Source: Podarcis vaucheri (taxonomy: Eukaryota). Taken from it: a DNA stretch of 64,000 bases. Shown here piece after piece: positions 50,301 to 58,392 of this stretch; position 1 is the first letter of the stretch, and the number at the start of each line of letters is the position of its first letter. The notes below the pieces were generated by a model, which was not told the origin of the DNA, searched no databases, and saw only the letters and a list, made by a program, of their open reading frames with translations. Where the stretch lies: the NCBI GenBank assembly GCA_965113315.1, contig OZ220377.1. One strand, 5' to 3'. The position numbers and the translations under genes are program-made.

Positions 50301-53025
50301 AGGTAGCTCCCTTTGAGACAAGGTACGGTATTTTTCGCTCTATAAGACACACTTTTTCCCCTCCCAAAATTGAGGAGAAACGTGTGTGCGTCTTATGGAG
50401 CGAATGCAGGCTCCTTGGCTTCAGCGATAGCAACGCGAAGCCTCCGAAGCGCAGAGGGAGCACTCCCTCCGTGCTCCGGAGGCTTCACGTTGCTTTCGCT
50501 GAAGCCTGGAGAGCAAGAGGGGTCGGTGCGCACTGACCCCTCTCATTCTCCAGGCTTCAGGGATAGCCGCCTGAAGCCTCCAGAGCGCAGTGGGAACTTT
50601 TTTCTTGGTCTCCCCCTCTAAAACAAGGTGTGTCCTATACTTGGGTGTGTCCTATAGAGCGAAAAATACGGTAATTCTTTTCCATCACTTGCGAGTGACC
50701 AAATGGTCCAAAGGCACCAGGTGCATTCACATGGCAAGACTGCCTGTCCTCAGTGGAGGCTGATTGAAAGAAGATGTAAGCCCAGAGCTCTGAAGATCAG
50801 TTAATCATACAGATATTTGGAAAGCATCCTCCCCTGGGGGTTGGTTATTTGGGCTTCAGGGCCTTTTGAATTTAGTTTCTCACAACCCTCTCATGAAGTT
50901 TTGTCTTTGAAAAATTGCTTTAATGTAGGTTCTCAATGACCTCCTATCTGTCGACAAAACAAGGAAATTTTTGGCAGCTCGAGCCAGCAAGAGGGGCAAG
51001 GAAATGTCACAGCTTGTTCTGAAAACCCTGGATAAAAAAACAAAAAAACTGGGTTGCACCAGCCTTGAATATCTGCAGCAAGAGCATTTTTACAAGCAAA
51101 CAATGGGGGCCGTTTTTTACAATGTTGTGGTAAGTGCAGAAATGGAAAATGGAAAGAGCATATAATGCAGTGCAAAGCATTCAACACTTATTTTATATAT
51201 AGCATATGGAGGTGTTTCAGCAGTTCTGGAGGTCTTAGGGGTTCAAACGACAAAATAAATATTTGGACTCGTCCACAACAAACATTCAAAGGACATTTCA
51301 TGGACGTGGTTTCTCCCAAAGATTCCTGGGAACTGTTCTTCATTGGGGTGCTGGGAGGGGTAAACTACAGTTCCCATGATCCTTTGGAGGAAGCCATGTG
51401 CTGTAAATGTGGAAGTGATATGTGGTGTGGTGTGTGTCATGCAAATAGGGCTGATCATTATCTGGATCACAGCTGAAAAGGTGACAGAGCTTAACACTTT
51501 CCTCTGTTGCAGTCTTGTGGGAAAGTTGGCCCACTCAGGAAGCTGCAGTTTGCATTTGAGGGAGGAAACCCCCCATTCGTGCCAGTGGAGGATTTTTCTC
51601 TTAACATAGCTCCAGAGTTAGGATTTTATTCGGGACTGCATGGGGATGGAAAGGGTTAACTCCCCCCCTCCCCACAATGCCTTGCCTTCAGCCAAAGTGA
51701 GCCTATATTCTGCAGTCATTTGGGGCTGCTGCATCACAGTTCCTCTCCCAAATGTTACCCACATTTTGAGGAGCCTTTTCCCCCTTCTTTGGGGGTTGCA
51801 GTTATTTAGTAGCTCCCAGGGATGACTGTGTGGATGTGTAACACTTTGGCTTTTATATGGCGGTGTTATAAGAATTTTAANNNNNNNNNNNNNNNNNNNN
51901 NNNNNNNNNNNNNNNNNNNNNNNNNNNNNNNNNNNNNNNNNNNNNNNNNNNNNNNNNNNNNNNNNNNNNNNNNNNNNNNNNNNNNNNNNNNNNNNNNNNN
52001 NNNNNNNNNNNNNNNNNNNNNNNNNNNNNNNNNNAGGTCCTGAACAAATTTACCTCAAATATTTCTCTGCAAGGTTAAAGTGGGAAACCTCCCCATTGTC
52101 TCTTTCCTCACAAATCCTGTTCTTAAGGGCACATACAAAATATGAACTTGGTGTGAGCCTGTGACCAGTGACCTAGATTCAGGAATTAAGTAGTTATAAT
52201 AACAAAAGAGTAGCCAAAACCCAAATAGTGCAATCAGGTAACTTGCCAGACAGGAGATAAACAACACACTCAGATTTCTGTTGTAGACCACCTTTTCTGT
52301 GAAGTAGGTATGATGTATCTGTGGGGTGGTCTTGGACTCCAGGGTGGGCAATTAAAAATGTCTATATAAGGGCTTGCATGCATGGCTTGGGGTCCTCCTC
52401 TCTCCTGCATGTGGGGGAGCACCCTGTTGCAACAGTTAATAAAGATCAGGCTTACTAACTGCTTTGCTTCTCAATATTCTCTGGTTGGTCTCTGTTATTT
52501 TCTCCTACCGATAGAGAACCTACAAAAGGACTCTATATGGGCTCTTGGGTATCCCATAAGGGAAAAGGAGCAGGATTTTTCTTATATCAGCTGGAATGTA
52601 ACCGGCTGCCTAAAGGTCACACATGGACCCACATTTGCCTCTTGCCCCACCCACCTTTGGAATTTACCCCCCATAAGGTTTTCCATGATGGCGTGTGGCC
52701 CCCTGGGGCTGAGTAAGCTTCCCTGGCCTTGCCTTAGGTTTCCTTTCAATGCATCTGGTTCTGATTCCCTGGGCTAGGGCTGCCTAGTCCTGATGCTTCT
52801 ATCATTTCTTCTGGTGGTAGCCAATATGTGATCCCTTCTAGATGTTTGCTGGGCTCCAGCCCCCGACATCTCTGACCATTGGCCACTCTGACTGGGGCCG
52901 ATGGGAGTTTTAAGCCCAGCAACTTCTGGAGGGTTGCTGGTTCTGCATCTCTGGACGAAATGAACACGGTGTCCATTGCATTGCAGGAAACAGCACTCAT
53001 GAATGCAGGATATGGTCCACTGTGA
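3427..53025 (+). CDS. Uncharacterised multi-exon protein (about 1,150 aa): degenerate TBC/Rab-GAP-like domain plus about 3 C2-like domains; 24 phase-consistent exons (E3-E26), 5' end uncertain
   Basis: Hand-spliced join 3427-3655,5153-5276,6557-6725,7775-7953,8874-9017,10324-10485,12957-13072,14152-14195,14939-15042,15820-15979,19008-19109,20056-20217,22239-22332,25359-25503,26235-26439,29050-29228,29798-29963,30664-30825,32072-32235,35837-36018,44572-44629,47519-47671,50929-51129,52987-53025 = 3443 nt, open throughout and ending in TGA. TBC-like motifs GKLLPRTLRQFIW and FLRKWMGEGFVGVLNLPAVLLIWDQLF; C2-like motifs LGWQKVDVF and LGWTVLPLF..V.SG.H..PLFQG. Confidence 0.88.
4343..5005 (-). mobile_element. 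CR1-type 3' fragment interrupted by a solo LTR
   Basis: agaatcatagagttggaaggg...cccctgcaatgcaggaatctc continues after 4889 with catgacagatggcc...agaaagttcttcct. Confidence 0.65.
4411..4884. mobile_element. Solo LTR with an internal tandem array of about 17-21 bp units
   Basis: TGTCA...TGACA termini; exact 5-bp TSD GTTTC (4406-4410 / 4885-4889); CTTGGCTTCTTGACTCC-like repeats at about 4625-4795. Confidence 0.85.
5153..5276 (+). CDS. Exon E4 (ATERDAREDFGQTVAWRMAELSLRSATRSPLSGLIENAVVE)
   Basis: cctag acceptor, GAG|gtgagt donor; phase 2 to 0. Confidence 0.85.
6069..6225. other. Assembly gap
   Basis: 157 N. Confidence 1.
6557..6725 (+). CDS. Exon E5 (KYRSVPCM...NGTYDPYLIYWLFPLQMAFKQTAPR)
   Basis: caacag acceptor, G|gtaaat donor; phase 0 to 1. 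Confidence 0.88.
7567..7625. repeat. (TCTG)n(TC)n microsatellite
   Basis: Direct reading. Confidence 0.9.
7775..7953 (+). CDS. Exon E6 (EHPYELAMYLH...EDAEFFAHLHRAFKKNVTVDPK)
   Basis: tagcag tandem acceptor, AAA|gtacct donor; phase 1 to 0. Confidence 0.88.
8079..8422 (+). mobile_element. Sauria SINE, near full length
   Basis: gggacgcaggtggc...ggttcgaatccc (pol III B box)...ctagcagttcgaaagca...gtgcaagtagataaa...aatggtcaggggtccc. Confidence 0.9.
8874..9017 (+). CDS. Exon E7 (DFLVELILQER...LASPVVFLRKWMGE)
   Basis: Long pyrimidine tract and tag acceptor, GAG|gtaaaa donor; phase 0 to 0. Confidence 0.88.
10324..10485 (+). CDS. Exon E8 (GFVGVLNLPAVLLIWDQLFMKDW...DDYPAVRQ)
   Basis: catag acceptor, CAA|gtgtgt donor; TBC C-terminal IWD motif. 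Confidence 0.9.
11143..11702 (+). mobile_element. L2-type LINE 3' fragment
   Basis: RT C-terminal RAFSVVVPTWWNAL...FRRACKT, 3' UTR and (TTA)n tail. Confidence 0.8.
12012..12152 (-). mobile_element. tRNA-head / CR1-tail SINE
   Basis: Reverse-complement relative of 45078-45230. Confidence 0.65.
12957..13072 (+). CDS. Exon E9 (VFLSSASQLLTADIQRAWIHLQQGGLPADVPGLNRLNQR)
   Basis: tctcag acceptor, AG|gtagag donor; phase 0 to 2. Confidence 0.87.
13130..13379. mobile_element. Tigger-like MITE, family B
   Basis: CAGTCGTACCT...GAGGTACCACTG followed by TA; internal body differs from family A. Confidence 0.8.
14152..14195 (+). CDS. Small exon E10 (PLVDLSPPRHGSAE)
   Basis: tgcag acceptor, G|gtacgt donor; the phase 2 to 1 change is needed to join E9 to E11. 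Confidence 0.7.
14939..15042 (+). CDS. Exon E11 (GKMCLDPGEISPTGVKDILLTVVLPVPRAETRHS)
   Basis: tttcacag acceptor, AGT|gtaagt donor; phase 1 to 0. Confidence 0.8.
15820..15979 (+). CDS. Exon E12 (ESLFKKFDPSAVKLTVSVFCG...GFTLQFS)
   Basis: ctcatag acceptor, G|gtatga donor; phase 0 to 1. Confidence 0.82.
16170..16390 (+). mobile_element. Degenerate L2/CR1 RT fragment
   Basis: DQLRSPGVILDSHLSVEA resembles the L2 ORF2 motif V++LGV+LD++L++E+. Confidence 0.6.
18036..18429 (-). mobile_element. Probable solo LTR with tandem CCAAT-containing repeats
   Basis: TG...CA bounds; TTTATT (antisense AATAAA); 3 copies of a TTGTTCTAGGACCAATCAGACTGCTGCA-like unit; TSD not clear. Confidence 0.5.
19008..19109 (+). 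CDS. Exon E13 (SFAFDSLDPTAFVGVQDAKPYILLKVTYSPKGR)
   Basis: gtcaag acceptor, G|gtaacg donor; phase 1 to 1. Confidence 0.8.
19247..19388 (-). mobile_element. CR1-type 3' fragment
   Basis: catagaatc...gttggaaggg...catctagtccaaccccctgcaatgcag. Confidence 0.65.
19407..19607. mobile_element. Tigger-like MITE family A, right TIR largely deleted
   Basis: Same body as 403-628. Confidence 0.85.
20056..20217 (+). CDS. Exon E14 (SLALGWQKVDVFQQ...VPLNPGEVPDAIMECPFRELPK)
   Basis: ttacag acceptor, G|gtaaca donor; phase 1 to 1. Confidence 0.85.
21310..21560 (-). mobile_element. L2-type LINE 3' end
   Basis: Closely similar to 34920-35180; (AAT)n tail. Confidence 0.8.
22239..22332 (+). CDS. Exon E15 (FAEGHSTIQLTVYDVANERRRLQSHRLREER)
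   Basis: tttccag acceptor, AG|gtaacc donor; phase 1 to 2. Confidence 0.8.
22490..22913 (-). mobile_element. Truncated L1-like retro-insertion
   Basis: 15-bp TSD AATCTGTGCAGTTTT (22475-22489 / 22914-22928); A-rich tail and AATAAA on the minus strand; TT/AAAA target. Confidence 0.75.
24079..24515 (-). mobile_element. L2-type 3' fragment interrupted by a MITE
   Basis: (TTA)n tail; similar to 24955-25262 and 34538-34777. Confidence 0.75.
24232..24473. mobile_element. Tigger-like MITE family A nested in an L2 fragment
   Basis: Perfect TIR CAGTGGTACCTCGGGTTA; TA TSD. Confidence 0.92.
24955..25262 (-). mobile_element. L2-type LINE 3' fragment
   Basis: ORF RAFSVMAPALWNALP...FRRHLKAALF; (AAT)n tail. 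Confidence 0.8.
25359..25503 (+). CDS. Exon E16 (LQGPSFLYAPWVPHD...QPFDLYIDALHYILDNATITK)
   Basis: gatcag acceptor, AAG|gtaagc donor; phase 2 to 0. Confidence 0.88.
26235..26439 (+). CDS. Exon E17 (VTGHFRNTG...SRNPEFQYR...WLLFQVHTIDMDFGDLVLL)
   Basis: cattag acceptor, G|gtaaca donor; phase 0 to 1. Confidence 0.87.
26790..27247. mobile_element. hAT-type MITE
   Basis: TIR CAGTGGTGGCGAACCT / AGGTTGCCACCACTG; 8-bp flanks CCATAGAC / CCTCAGAC. Confidence 0.8.
28369..28596. mobile_element. Tigger-like MITE, family C
   Basis: TA-CAGTCATACCTCGGGTT...AACCCGAGCGTCCACTG-TA. Confidence 0.8.
29050..29228 (+). CDS. Exon E18 (SCAIHIFNAEGELNVGGFQLKLRAG...IPCCTLLIRLLPHAQ), GC donor
   Basis: ctgtag acceptor, CAG|gcaagt donor; phase 1 to 0. 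Confidence 0.87.
29374..29556. mobile_element. Penelope-like insertion containing a 148-bp perfect palindrome (29409-29556)
   Basis: 13-bp TSD AGTCCTTTGCAGC (29361-29373 / 29557-29569); arms checked base by base, centre GCATGC. Confidence 0.8.
29798..29963 (+). CDS. Exon E19 (VPVPPPSYLAGYYFTDGAKPNSSELEII...MNKEQSR)
   Basis: ctttag acceptor, G|gtatga donor; phase 0 to 1. Confidence 0.87.
30664..30825 (+). CDS. Exon E20 (LPNQLKAWCVEKL...VRYRQEAGVRVRIKQAFGLK)
   Basis: atgcag acceptor, G|gtagct donor; phase 1 to 1. Confidence 0.87.
32072..32235 (+). CDS. Exon E21 (DGCYVNALARILKG...LDFSSLQRSPKWIDPSV)
   Basis: tttcag acceptor, GTG|gtatgc donor; phase 1 to 0. Confidence 0.88.
34538..34777 (-). 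mobile_element. L2-type 3' fragment with (TAA)n tail
   Basis: Similar to 24079-24515; carries the empty MITE site gttgttTAtttc. Confidence 0.75.
34920..35640 (-). mobile_element. L2 LINE, 5'-truncated, with ORF2 C-terminus
   Basis: ORF 35122-35619 IHATVTSRLDYCNSLY.GLP...QNAAARL...LHWLP...RIRFK. Confidence 0.92.
35837..36018 (+). CDS. Exon E22 (VLHPYLDDHSVLLVQIYGL...SQLGWTVLPLFDR)
   Basis: ttgtag acceptor, AG|gtgaat donor; phase 0 to 2. Confidence 0.88.
36126..36380 (+). mobile_element. Squam3-like tRNA-derived SINE
   Basis: gagagccagtgtggtgtagtggttaagag (A box)...ggttcgcgtc (B-like)...gtgaccttgggccagtcac; (TTC)n tail. Confidence 0.8.
39135..39555 (-). mobile_element. Solo LTR
   Basis: TGTTA...TGACA termini; 5-bp flanks GTAAG / GTAAA; antisense AATAAA (tttatt at about 39201). 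Confidence 0.7.
40040..40471 (+). mobile_element. BovB (RTE) LINE 3' fragment
   Basis: FPVVMYG..SWTIKKA..AFELWCWRRLLRVPWTARRSN...MRREDSLEKTLMLGK; (CAA)n tail; 10-bp TSD AGAGGTCAGC. Confidence 0.95.
41418..41586. mobile_element. hAT-type MITE with internal GGGTTAGGGGGCGCAAAT-like repeats
   Basis: TIR CAGTGGCGTAGC / GCTACGCCACTG; 8-bp flanks CTTATGTC / CTTATGCC. Confidence 0.85.
41807..42113. mobile_element. hAT-type MITE, GC-rich
   Basis: CAGGG...CCCTG termini; exact 8-bp TSD GGGACTGC. Confidence 0.82.
42212..42568 (-). mobile_element. BovB (RTE) LINE 3' fragment
   Basis: ORF RVPWTAGRSN...FGHLMRREDSLEKTLMLGKIEG; 12-bp TSD ATTGTCACCAGT. Confidence 0.95.
44572..44629 (+). CDS. Exon E23 (NCVGSGVHNTPLFQGVPSP)
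   Basis: ttttgcag acceptor, CCT|gtgagt donor; phase 2 to 0. Confidence 0.85.
45078..45230 (+). mobile_element. tRNA-head / CR1-tail SINE
   Basis: gatagctcagtaggtaaagc...ggttcgaattcc followed by ttggactagatggcc...gattctatgattc. Confidence 0.75.
45611..45649. repeat. (GA)n microsatellite after a poly-G run
   Basis: Direct reading. Confidence 0.9.
46587..46828. mobile_element. Tigger-like MITE family A
   Basis: Same TIR and body as 403-628. Confidence 0.9.
47263..47318. repeat. Compound (TC)n(TG)n microsatellite
   Basis: Direct reading. Confidence 0.9.
47519..47671 (+). CDS. Exon E24 (EFLQGITTRPVKDV...SLVTEVWDGHYFDNERQELP)
   Basis: ttgcaag acceptor, CCA|gtaagt donor; phase 0 to 0. Confidence 0.85.
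48288..48623 (-). mobile_element. Sauria SINE
   Basis: (AAAGGT)n tail; reverse complement of the 8079 copy. Confidence 0.88.
50326..50671. mobile_element. Mariner/Tigger-like MITE, family D
   Basis: TA-CGGTATTTTTCGCTCTATAAGAC...GTCCTATAGAGCGAAAAATACGG-TA. Confidence 0.88.
50929..51129 (+). CDS. Exon E25 (VLNDLLSVDKTRKFLAAR...FYKQTMGAVFYNVV)
   Basis: atgtag acceptor, GTG|gtaagt donor; phase 0 to 0. Confidence 0.85.
51864..52589 (+). mobile_element. ERV-type LTR spanning the assembly gap, in the last intron
   Basis: TGTTATAAGAA...TTCTTATATCA inverted termini (10/11); TATA box ctatataag at about 52362; AATAAA 52438-52443. Confidence 0.7.
51881..52034. other. Assembly gap
   Basis: 154 N. Confidence 1.
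52987..53025 (+). CDS. Terminal coding exon E26 (ETALMNAGYGPL*)
   Basis: ttgcag acceptor in phase 0, then 12 codons and TGA. Confidence 0.72.
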   Translation, partial: ETALMNAGYGPL

Positions 53026-53259
53026 CTGATCATCTTCAACAGTGTCCGTGAAGGAAAGAGGAGTATGGGAAGCTTAATTCTGTGTGGCGGAACTGTGAAT
53101 CCAGGAATGTGAGGAAGAAGAGAAAATTTCCATAGCAGTAGTTCGCCCTCACATTTCCAGCACCCTTAAACTACAGTCCCCAAGATTATTTGGTGGGGAA
53201 GAGTTATGTGCTTTAAATGCGCATTGAACATGCTTTACATGTAATGTGTGGCTCTCTGT

Positions 53260-53294
<35 letters not shown>

Positions 53295-54058
53295 TCTCAG
53301 ACTCGCAATCTGTGCAATTTGTAAAAGATTGCAAGATGCAATAGAATCCTTTGCATGTCTGCCCATAAATAAGTCCCAACAAGTCCACTGGAACTGACTC
53401 CCATATATAAGTGTGTATGGGATTGTGGCTTTAATGCAGCAGTAATGGTCTCCAGCGGCAAAAGCAATTCTTTCTGCCTCCTTAACTCCCCATGCTTAAA
53501 ATCAGCGTGCTTCATTTACTAATGGTTCAACATGTTCCTTTGTTACATTTCTGATGATAAATGGGAGGTCTCTGGTTTCAGCAGGGGTGGTGGGAGAAGC
53601 TATCTCATTTAATCAATTGAAGTCAATCTTGTAACCACGTTCTATCCATTGGGAAATCTTAAAGCGGGGGGGGGGGGGGAGAGAAGTAGGTTATTCAGAC
53701 AAGAAGGCTTGTGTCACAGTTTTGCTTCTGCACCTCCTGAAGTGATCAGAGGAAGGAGTGATAAAGACTGTGTGAGGGGGGGAAATCCAGTCTGCTGCAG
53801 CTGTTTATCTGAATATGTCTAATCCAGGCATTTCCATCCTTTTGGGGGTTTGTGACTCTTACCCCTTCTGGTCACTTCTATCTCTCCCCCCATATTAGAC
53901 ACCCCCCCCGCGCCCCCCGCACAAGAGGGAGCGCACATATTCACTTTTTAAACATGGTTGAGTAAAAGTAGGAACTAGTTGAATTAATCTGAGGTCTGAA
54001 AGAACTGAAAAACCCAGGAGGGAGAGTCACACTTCCAGCTTCCTCTTTTAGCTCTGCA

Positions 54059-54272
54059 AGCACGTCAAAGTGCAAGTAGATACATAGGTACCACTCCGGC
54101 GGGAAGGTAAACGGTGTTTCCGTGTGCTGCTCTTGTTCGCTCAGTCAGGCTGGCCACATGACCCGGAAGCTGTACGCCGGCTCCCTCGGCCAAGAAAGCG
54201 AGATGAGCGCCGCAACCCCAGAGTCGGCCACGACTGGACCTAATGGTCAGGGGTCCCTTTACCTTTACTTAC
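54059..54272 (+). mobile_element. 5'-truncated Sauria SINE
   Basis: agcacgtcaaagtgcaagtaga...ggggtccctttacctttac. Confidence 0.85.
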
Positions 54273-55003
54273 GTTTCAAAGGAGAAAAAAGTATCCACTC
54301 TCCCCACCCCAGGGCAGGCAAGGCAGTGAGTCCATTCCTCACTTTGCTTCCCTGCCTTTGTGCTTCCCACAGTCTACTTCTCCCACACATGCCCTTCATA
54401 TTCCTACCAGTGGCAGGGTGGTAGCAGAGATCAAAGGTTTTGTGAGCACCAGGAAAGGGCGCCACGTTGGCAACTCCTGGTCTAATCCTATCTGCCATGA
54501 GCAGGGCCTGAGCATGGAACAGCAGGGGAGGCAATGCTTTATCTGAGTCCGGAGGCTGACCTAATTTACAAGGCTGTTGTGAAAGGTGTCTGATAACATG
54601 TATTTGTGTTTAGCACTTTGTGCACTGAAAGAGTGAGAGACCTCCTCTTTGTGCCCTGAAATCATCTGGGGAGACCCTCCGTTAGGCATCCCTTATTTAT
54701 GTACTACCATTTTCACCAAGGTAACGAAGCCAAGTGCTACTGCTTGTGTTTTCTGAGTGATGTATGGAAAGCACATGAACCTGACCTTTGGAGGGTTTGT
54801 AAGTAAACCATTTTTAACTTACCAAATGTGTGCTCTTTTCTGTGCTAAGGGAAGAGGGAAGTTTCGAAACTCACAAGGACATATTTTAAAGGTCTGTGCT
54901 TGACTTTGCTGTGTATTTTGTGATTTTAAATCTCTGCTGGGGTTATCTCTCCAAATAGCCCCAAACCTGGATCTTGGCATTCAGGAATCCTCCTTTTTAT
55001 ATA

Positions 55004-55493
55004 CCGTATTTTTTGCCTCATAGGGCGCACCGGCCCATAGGACACACCTCCCCGCTGTCCCCCAAGCTTGTGCTGTCCCCCAGGTTTCTCCCCGCCGCCA
55101 GCCTCCAAACCAGGTTGGGGGACAGTGCGATGGCGGCGTTCCGCTGTCCCCCAGCTTGTGGGGCTGGTGGCAGGGAGAAGTGCGCTTCTCCCCACCGCCA
55201 GCCTCCAAACCAGGTTGGGGAACTGAAGCCCAGGGCACGCTGTGCAGCGCGCCCCAGGCTTCGAGAGGCAGGCTGCTATCCGCAAGCCTAGGGAGCCCGA
55301 CGGGAACTCCCGCGGGCTCCCAAGGCTTGTGGAGAGCTTCCTGAAGCCTGGAGAGCGAGAGGGGTCAGTGCGCACCGACGCCTCTCACTCTCCAGGCTTC
55401 AGTGAAAGCCTGCATTCGCCCCATAGGATGCACACACATTTCCCCTTCATTTTTGGAGGGGAAAAAGTGCATCCTATAGGGCGAAAAATACAG
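55004..55493. mobile_element. MITE family D, inverted relative to the 50326 copy, with an internal duplication
   Basis: TA-CCGTATTTTTTGCC...GGCGAAAAATACAG-TA; ccgccagcctccaaaccaggttgggg occurs twice. Confidence 0.85.
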
Positions 55494-56609
55494 TAGCTTT
55501 TTTCCCCCTTGCCACCAAGGAAATATCCATAAGCTTTTCTCTATCCACTTTCTCCATGCCATACATTTCGTGCACTTCTATCATGTCGCCTCAAACCCGC
55601 CTTTCCTCTAAACTAAAAGTCCCAAACGCTGCAACCTTTTCTTCCATCCGCTCAATCATTTGGGTTGCCCTTTTCTGAACCTTTCCCCTTTGAAGTGATG
55701 TAGAAATGTGGGGAACTGAACTGAAGACTGAAAAATAAGAGAGAAGCTGGAGACAAACCAAAACTGTCAAATTCCCCCATCCTTACAGGCAGCTAGAGCA
55801 GCAGGGATGTCTCCTGGAATCTTTCCCTCAGGGCAGTTGGTGGTAGAATGGCCAGGGGTGGGAATGGCAGTTGGACCCGGCCCTCAGGTGTTCACCTTCA
55901 CCTGCCTGCCAGGCCCTCCTTCAGTCCTCCTCCGCAGGGCCATTGATGACAAGGATTTCCCTGGGATTATATGGAGGTGAGGTGGAGATTGGGTCTTCTT
56001 CATGAAGTCTGGCCCCGACTCTGGAACGGCCTTCTGAGCACGGACACACCTGCCAGTGACCCTTAGTCCTCAGGTAAAGAAACAGGCTCAAATGGAGTTT
56101 TTCTTAAAATTGTGGTTGTTTTTAGAGTTTTAGTGTTTTCAGTGGATTGTTATTTTAACTTCCTCTGGCAACTATGTTTTTCTTTTCTTTTCACCCCTTT
56201 GGATTTCTCCCCTCCCCCTTTGGTTTTATTTTGCTTGCCTGTGGTTCACTGCTTTTATTGGTGGTGTTGATGTGTAAACTTCCCTCAATCTTTTAATAAG
56301 ATGGGGTATAAATATATTACATAAATAGGTTGCTGTACGAATTGGGGATGGGGAAATCTATCCCTTTTGGTTCCTCTCATTTTTCCGTCAGTTTCTTTTT
56401 CTAAGACCCCCTAAAGCACTGTTATGGGACCTTGTATGTGTGGCAGGGTTTTCTGGGATATCTGAAGGACCATCTCTTCCATATTAGCTAATTTCATCAC
56501 CCTCATTGCTTCATCATCGTCCCCCCGAAAAGAGAATACATCTCTTATTTATTTCATTTCATTTCTATCCTACCTTTTATCCAAGAAGCAAATGTGGTAT
56601 ACATCTAAT

Positions 56610-56790
56610 GTTTATTGGATGGATTTCCCCCCTAAATTGATTTTTGAATTCTGAATTTATTGTTATTCATGTTTTATACTGTGTTTTTTGTTGCATCAAT
56701 TAAGTGTTTTAATTTTGTTGTTAGCCACCCTGAGCCCAGTTTTCTGAACCAGGAAGGGCGGGGTATAAATAAAAAAATATTATTATTATT
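56610..56790 (+). mobile_element. L2-type 3' UTR fragment
   Basis: Similar to 11520-11702. Confidence 0.7.
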
Positions 56791-57699
56791 ACATAGTTCT
56801 CTTCTCATTTTTTCCTCACAACCACCCTGTGTGGTAGGCTTGGCTGAGAGATTGAGACTGGCCCAAGGTCACACTGTGAGTTTTATGGCCGAGTGGGGAT
56901 TTGAACCTAGTCCAAGACTCTAACCACTACACCACAGTGGCTGTCATTCCATGACAGTCTTTGGGAGAGACTACTGTGCTTTGAGCCAGACGTACTGATG
57001 TTGCTTTCTAATGTAGTGATGTGGTGGCATGGAATAATATTTTAAAGTAATTATTAAGGTTTTTTTTTAAAGGAAATATACATAGAAAGTATTGTTTTCA
57101 CTGTATATTTGTAAACTGACCCAGGATGTTAACTAAGGAAAGGCATATTAAAAGTTGAACAAATGAATGAATTCTAAATGCCCTGACCAGCAGCCATGCC
57201 AACAACATCTGGAGGGAAAACAATTTGGGAAAGGCTGTTCTCTGAAACCTGCCTGCCATCATCCTTCAGAACCAGCATCAGAGGTGGGGAGGGGGTGAGG
57301 AAAACATTTGTCTTCATATAACAGATCAGCGCTGCCAATTGTTTAATTCCCCCCCCCCAACCTTTCCTCCTGCTACTAGAACATTTGACTCACCGGAGAC
57401 ATTCCAGGCTTGCAGAATCACAAATGTATTGTCTGCCAGTCTGCATTCCCTTCCTACAAGGCCATCTGCTGCACCTCAAATATTAAATGTGTGTTGTTGT
57501 CTTTTCTGTAAAAAGGAAAAATCTTTTGCGTCAAACAAATCAACATTGTTGTCTGATGGTGGGGCAAGGAAGACGCTGGTATATGAGCTTGTAGGTAATT
57601 CTCTGGTTGCCTGGAAGGACATATTTGGACAGCAATATCTTGGGGGCCACAGGTCCCCAGCCCTAGTGTAAGCACTGCTTGCCCTTCTTGAGAGGATGA

Positions 57700-57860
57700 C
57701 TGGATAGCTCAGTTGGTTAGAGTGTGGTGCTGATGACATCAAGGTTGCAGGTTCGATCCCCGTATGGGACAGCTGCATATTCCTGCATCAAAGGGGGGTG
57801 GATTAGATGATCCTCAGGGTCCCTTCCAAAACTCTACCATTATATTATTCTATTATTCTG
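57700..57860 (+). mobile_element. tRNA-head / CR1-tail SINE
   Basis: gatagctcagttggttagag...ggttcgatcccc followed by the CR1-like tail gatgatcctcagggtcccttccaa. Confidence 0.75.
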
Positions 57861-58108
57861 TATGAACTGCATGTTGGGGTATGATGGAGTTATCAACAAA
57901 AAAATCCATTGTGATTTGGACGTGTGTTCCAGTTTTCAGTACTCTCTCTGTGTGAGAGAGTGAACGTGGGTTGATTTTTCAGTTGGACAGAAATCTTCAC
58001 CAGGCAGATCAGAAAAGTAAGCAACAAAAATGCAAACTTTTGAATAATATGCCTGGCTCTCCTCCTCCTCCTCCTTCTGAGAACATGTGAAACTTGAAAG
58101 GTTATATA

Positions 58109-58392
58109 AGGTAAAGGTAAAGGGACCCCTGAGCATTAGGTCCAGTTGTGGCCGAGGGAGCCGGCGTACAGCTTCCGGGTCATGTGGCCAGCAGGACTAA
58201 GCCGCTTCTGGCGAACCAGAGCAGCGCACGGAAACGCCGTTTACCTTCCCGCCAGAGCGGTACCTATTTATCTACTTGCACTTTGATGTGCTTTCAAACT
58301 GCTAGGTTGGCAGGAGTAAGGATTCGAACCACCAACCTTCTGATCGGCAAGTCCTAAGCTCTGTGGTTTAACCCACAGCGCCACCCACGTCC
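58109..58392 (-). mobile_element. Sauria SINE with internal deletions
   Basis: 14-bp TSD TGAAAGGTTATATA (58095-58108 / 58393-58406). Confidence 0.9.

Noticed and set aside
57700-57775. tRNA-like sequence (also at 45078 and 36126)
   Set aside because: Stems are degenerate and each is followed by a SINE body or CR1-like tail; these are SINE heads, not tRNA genes
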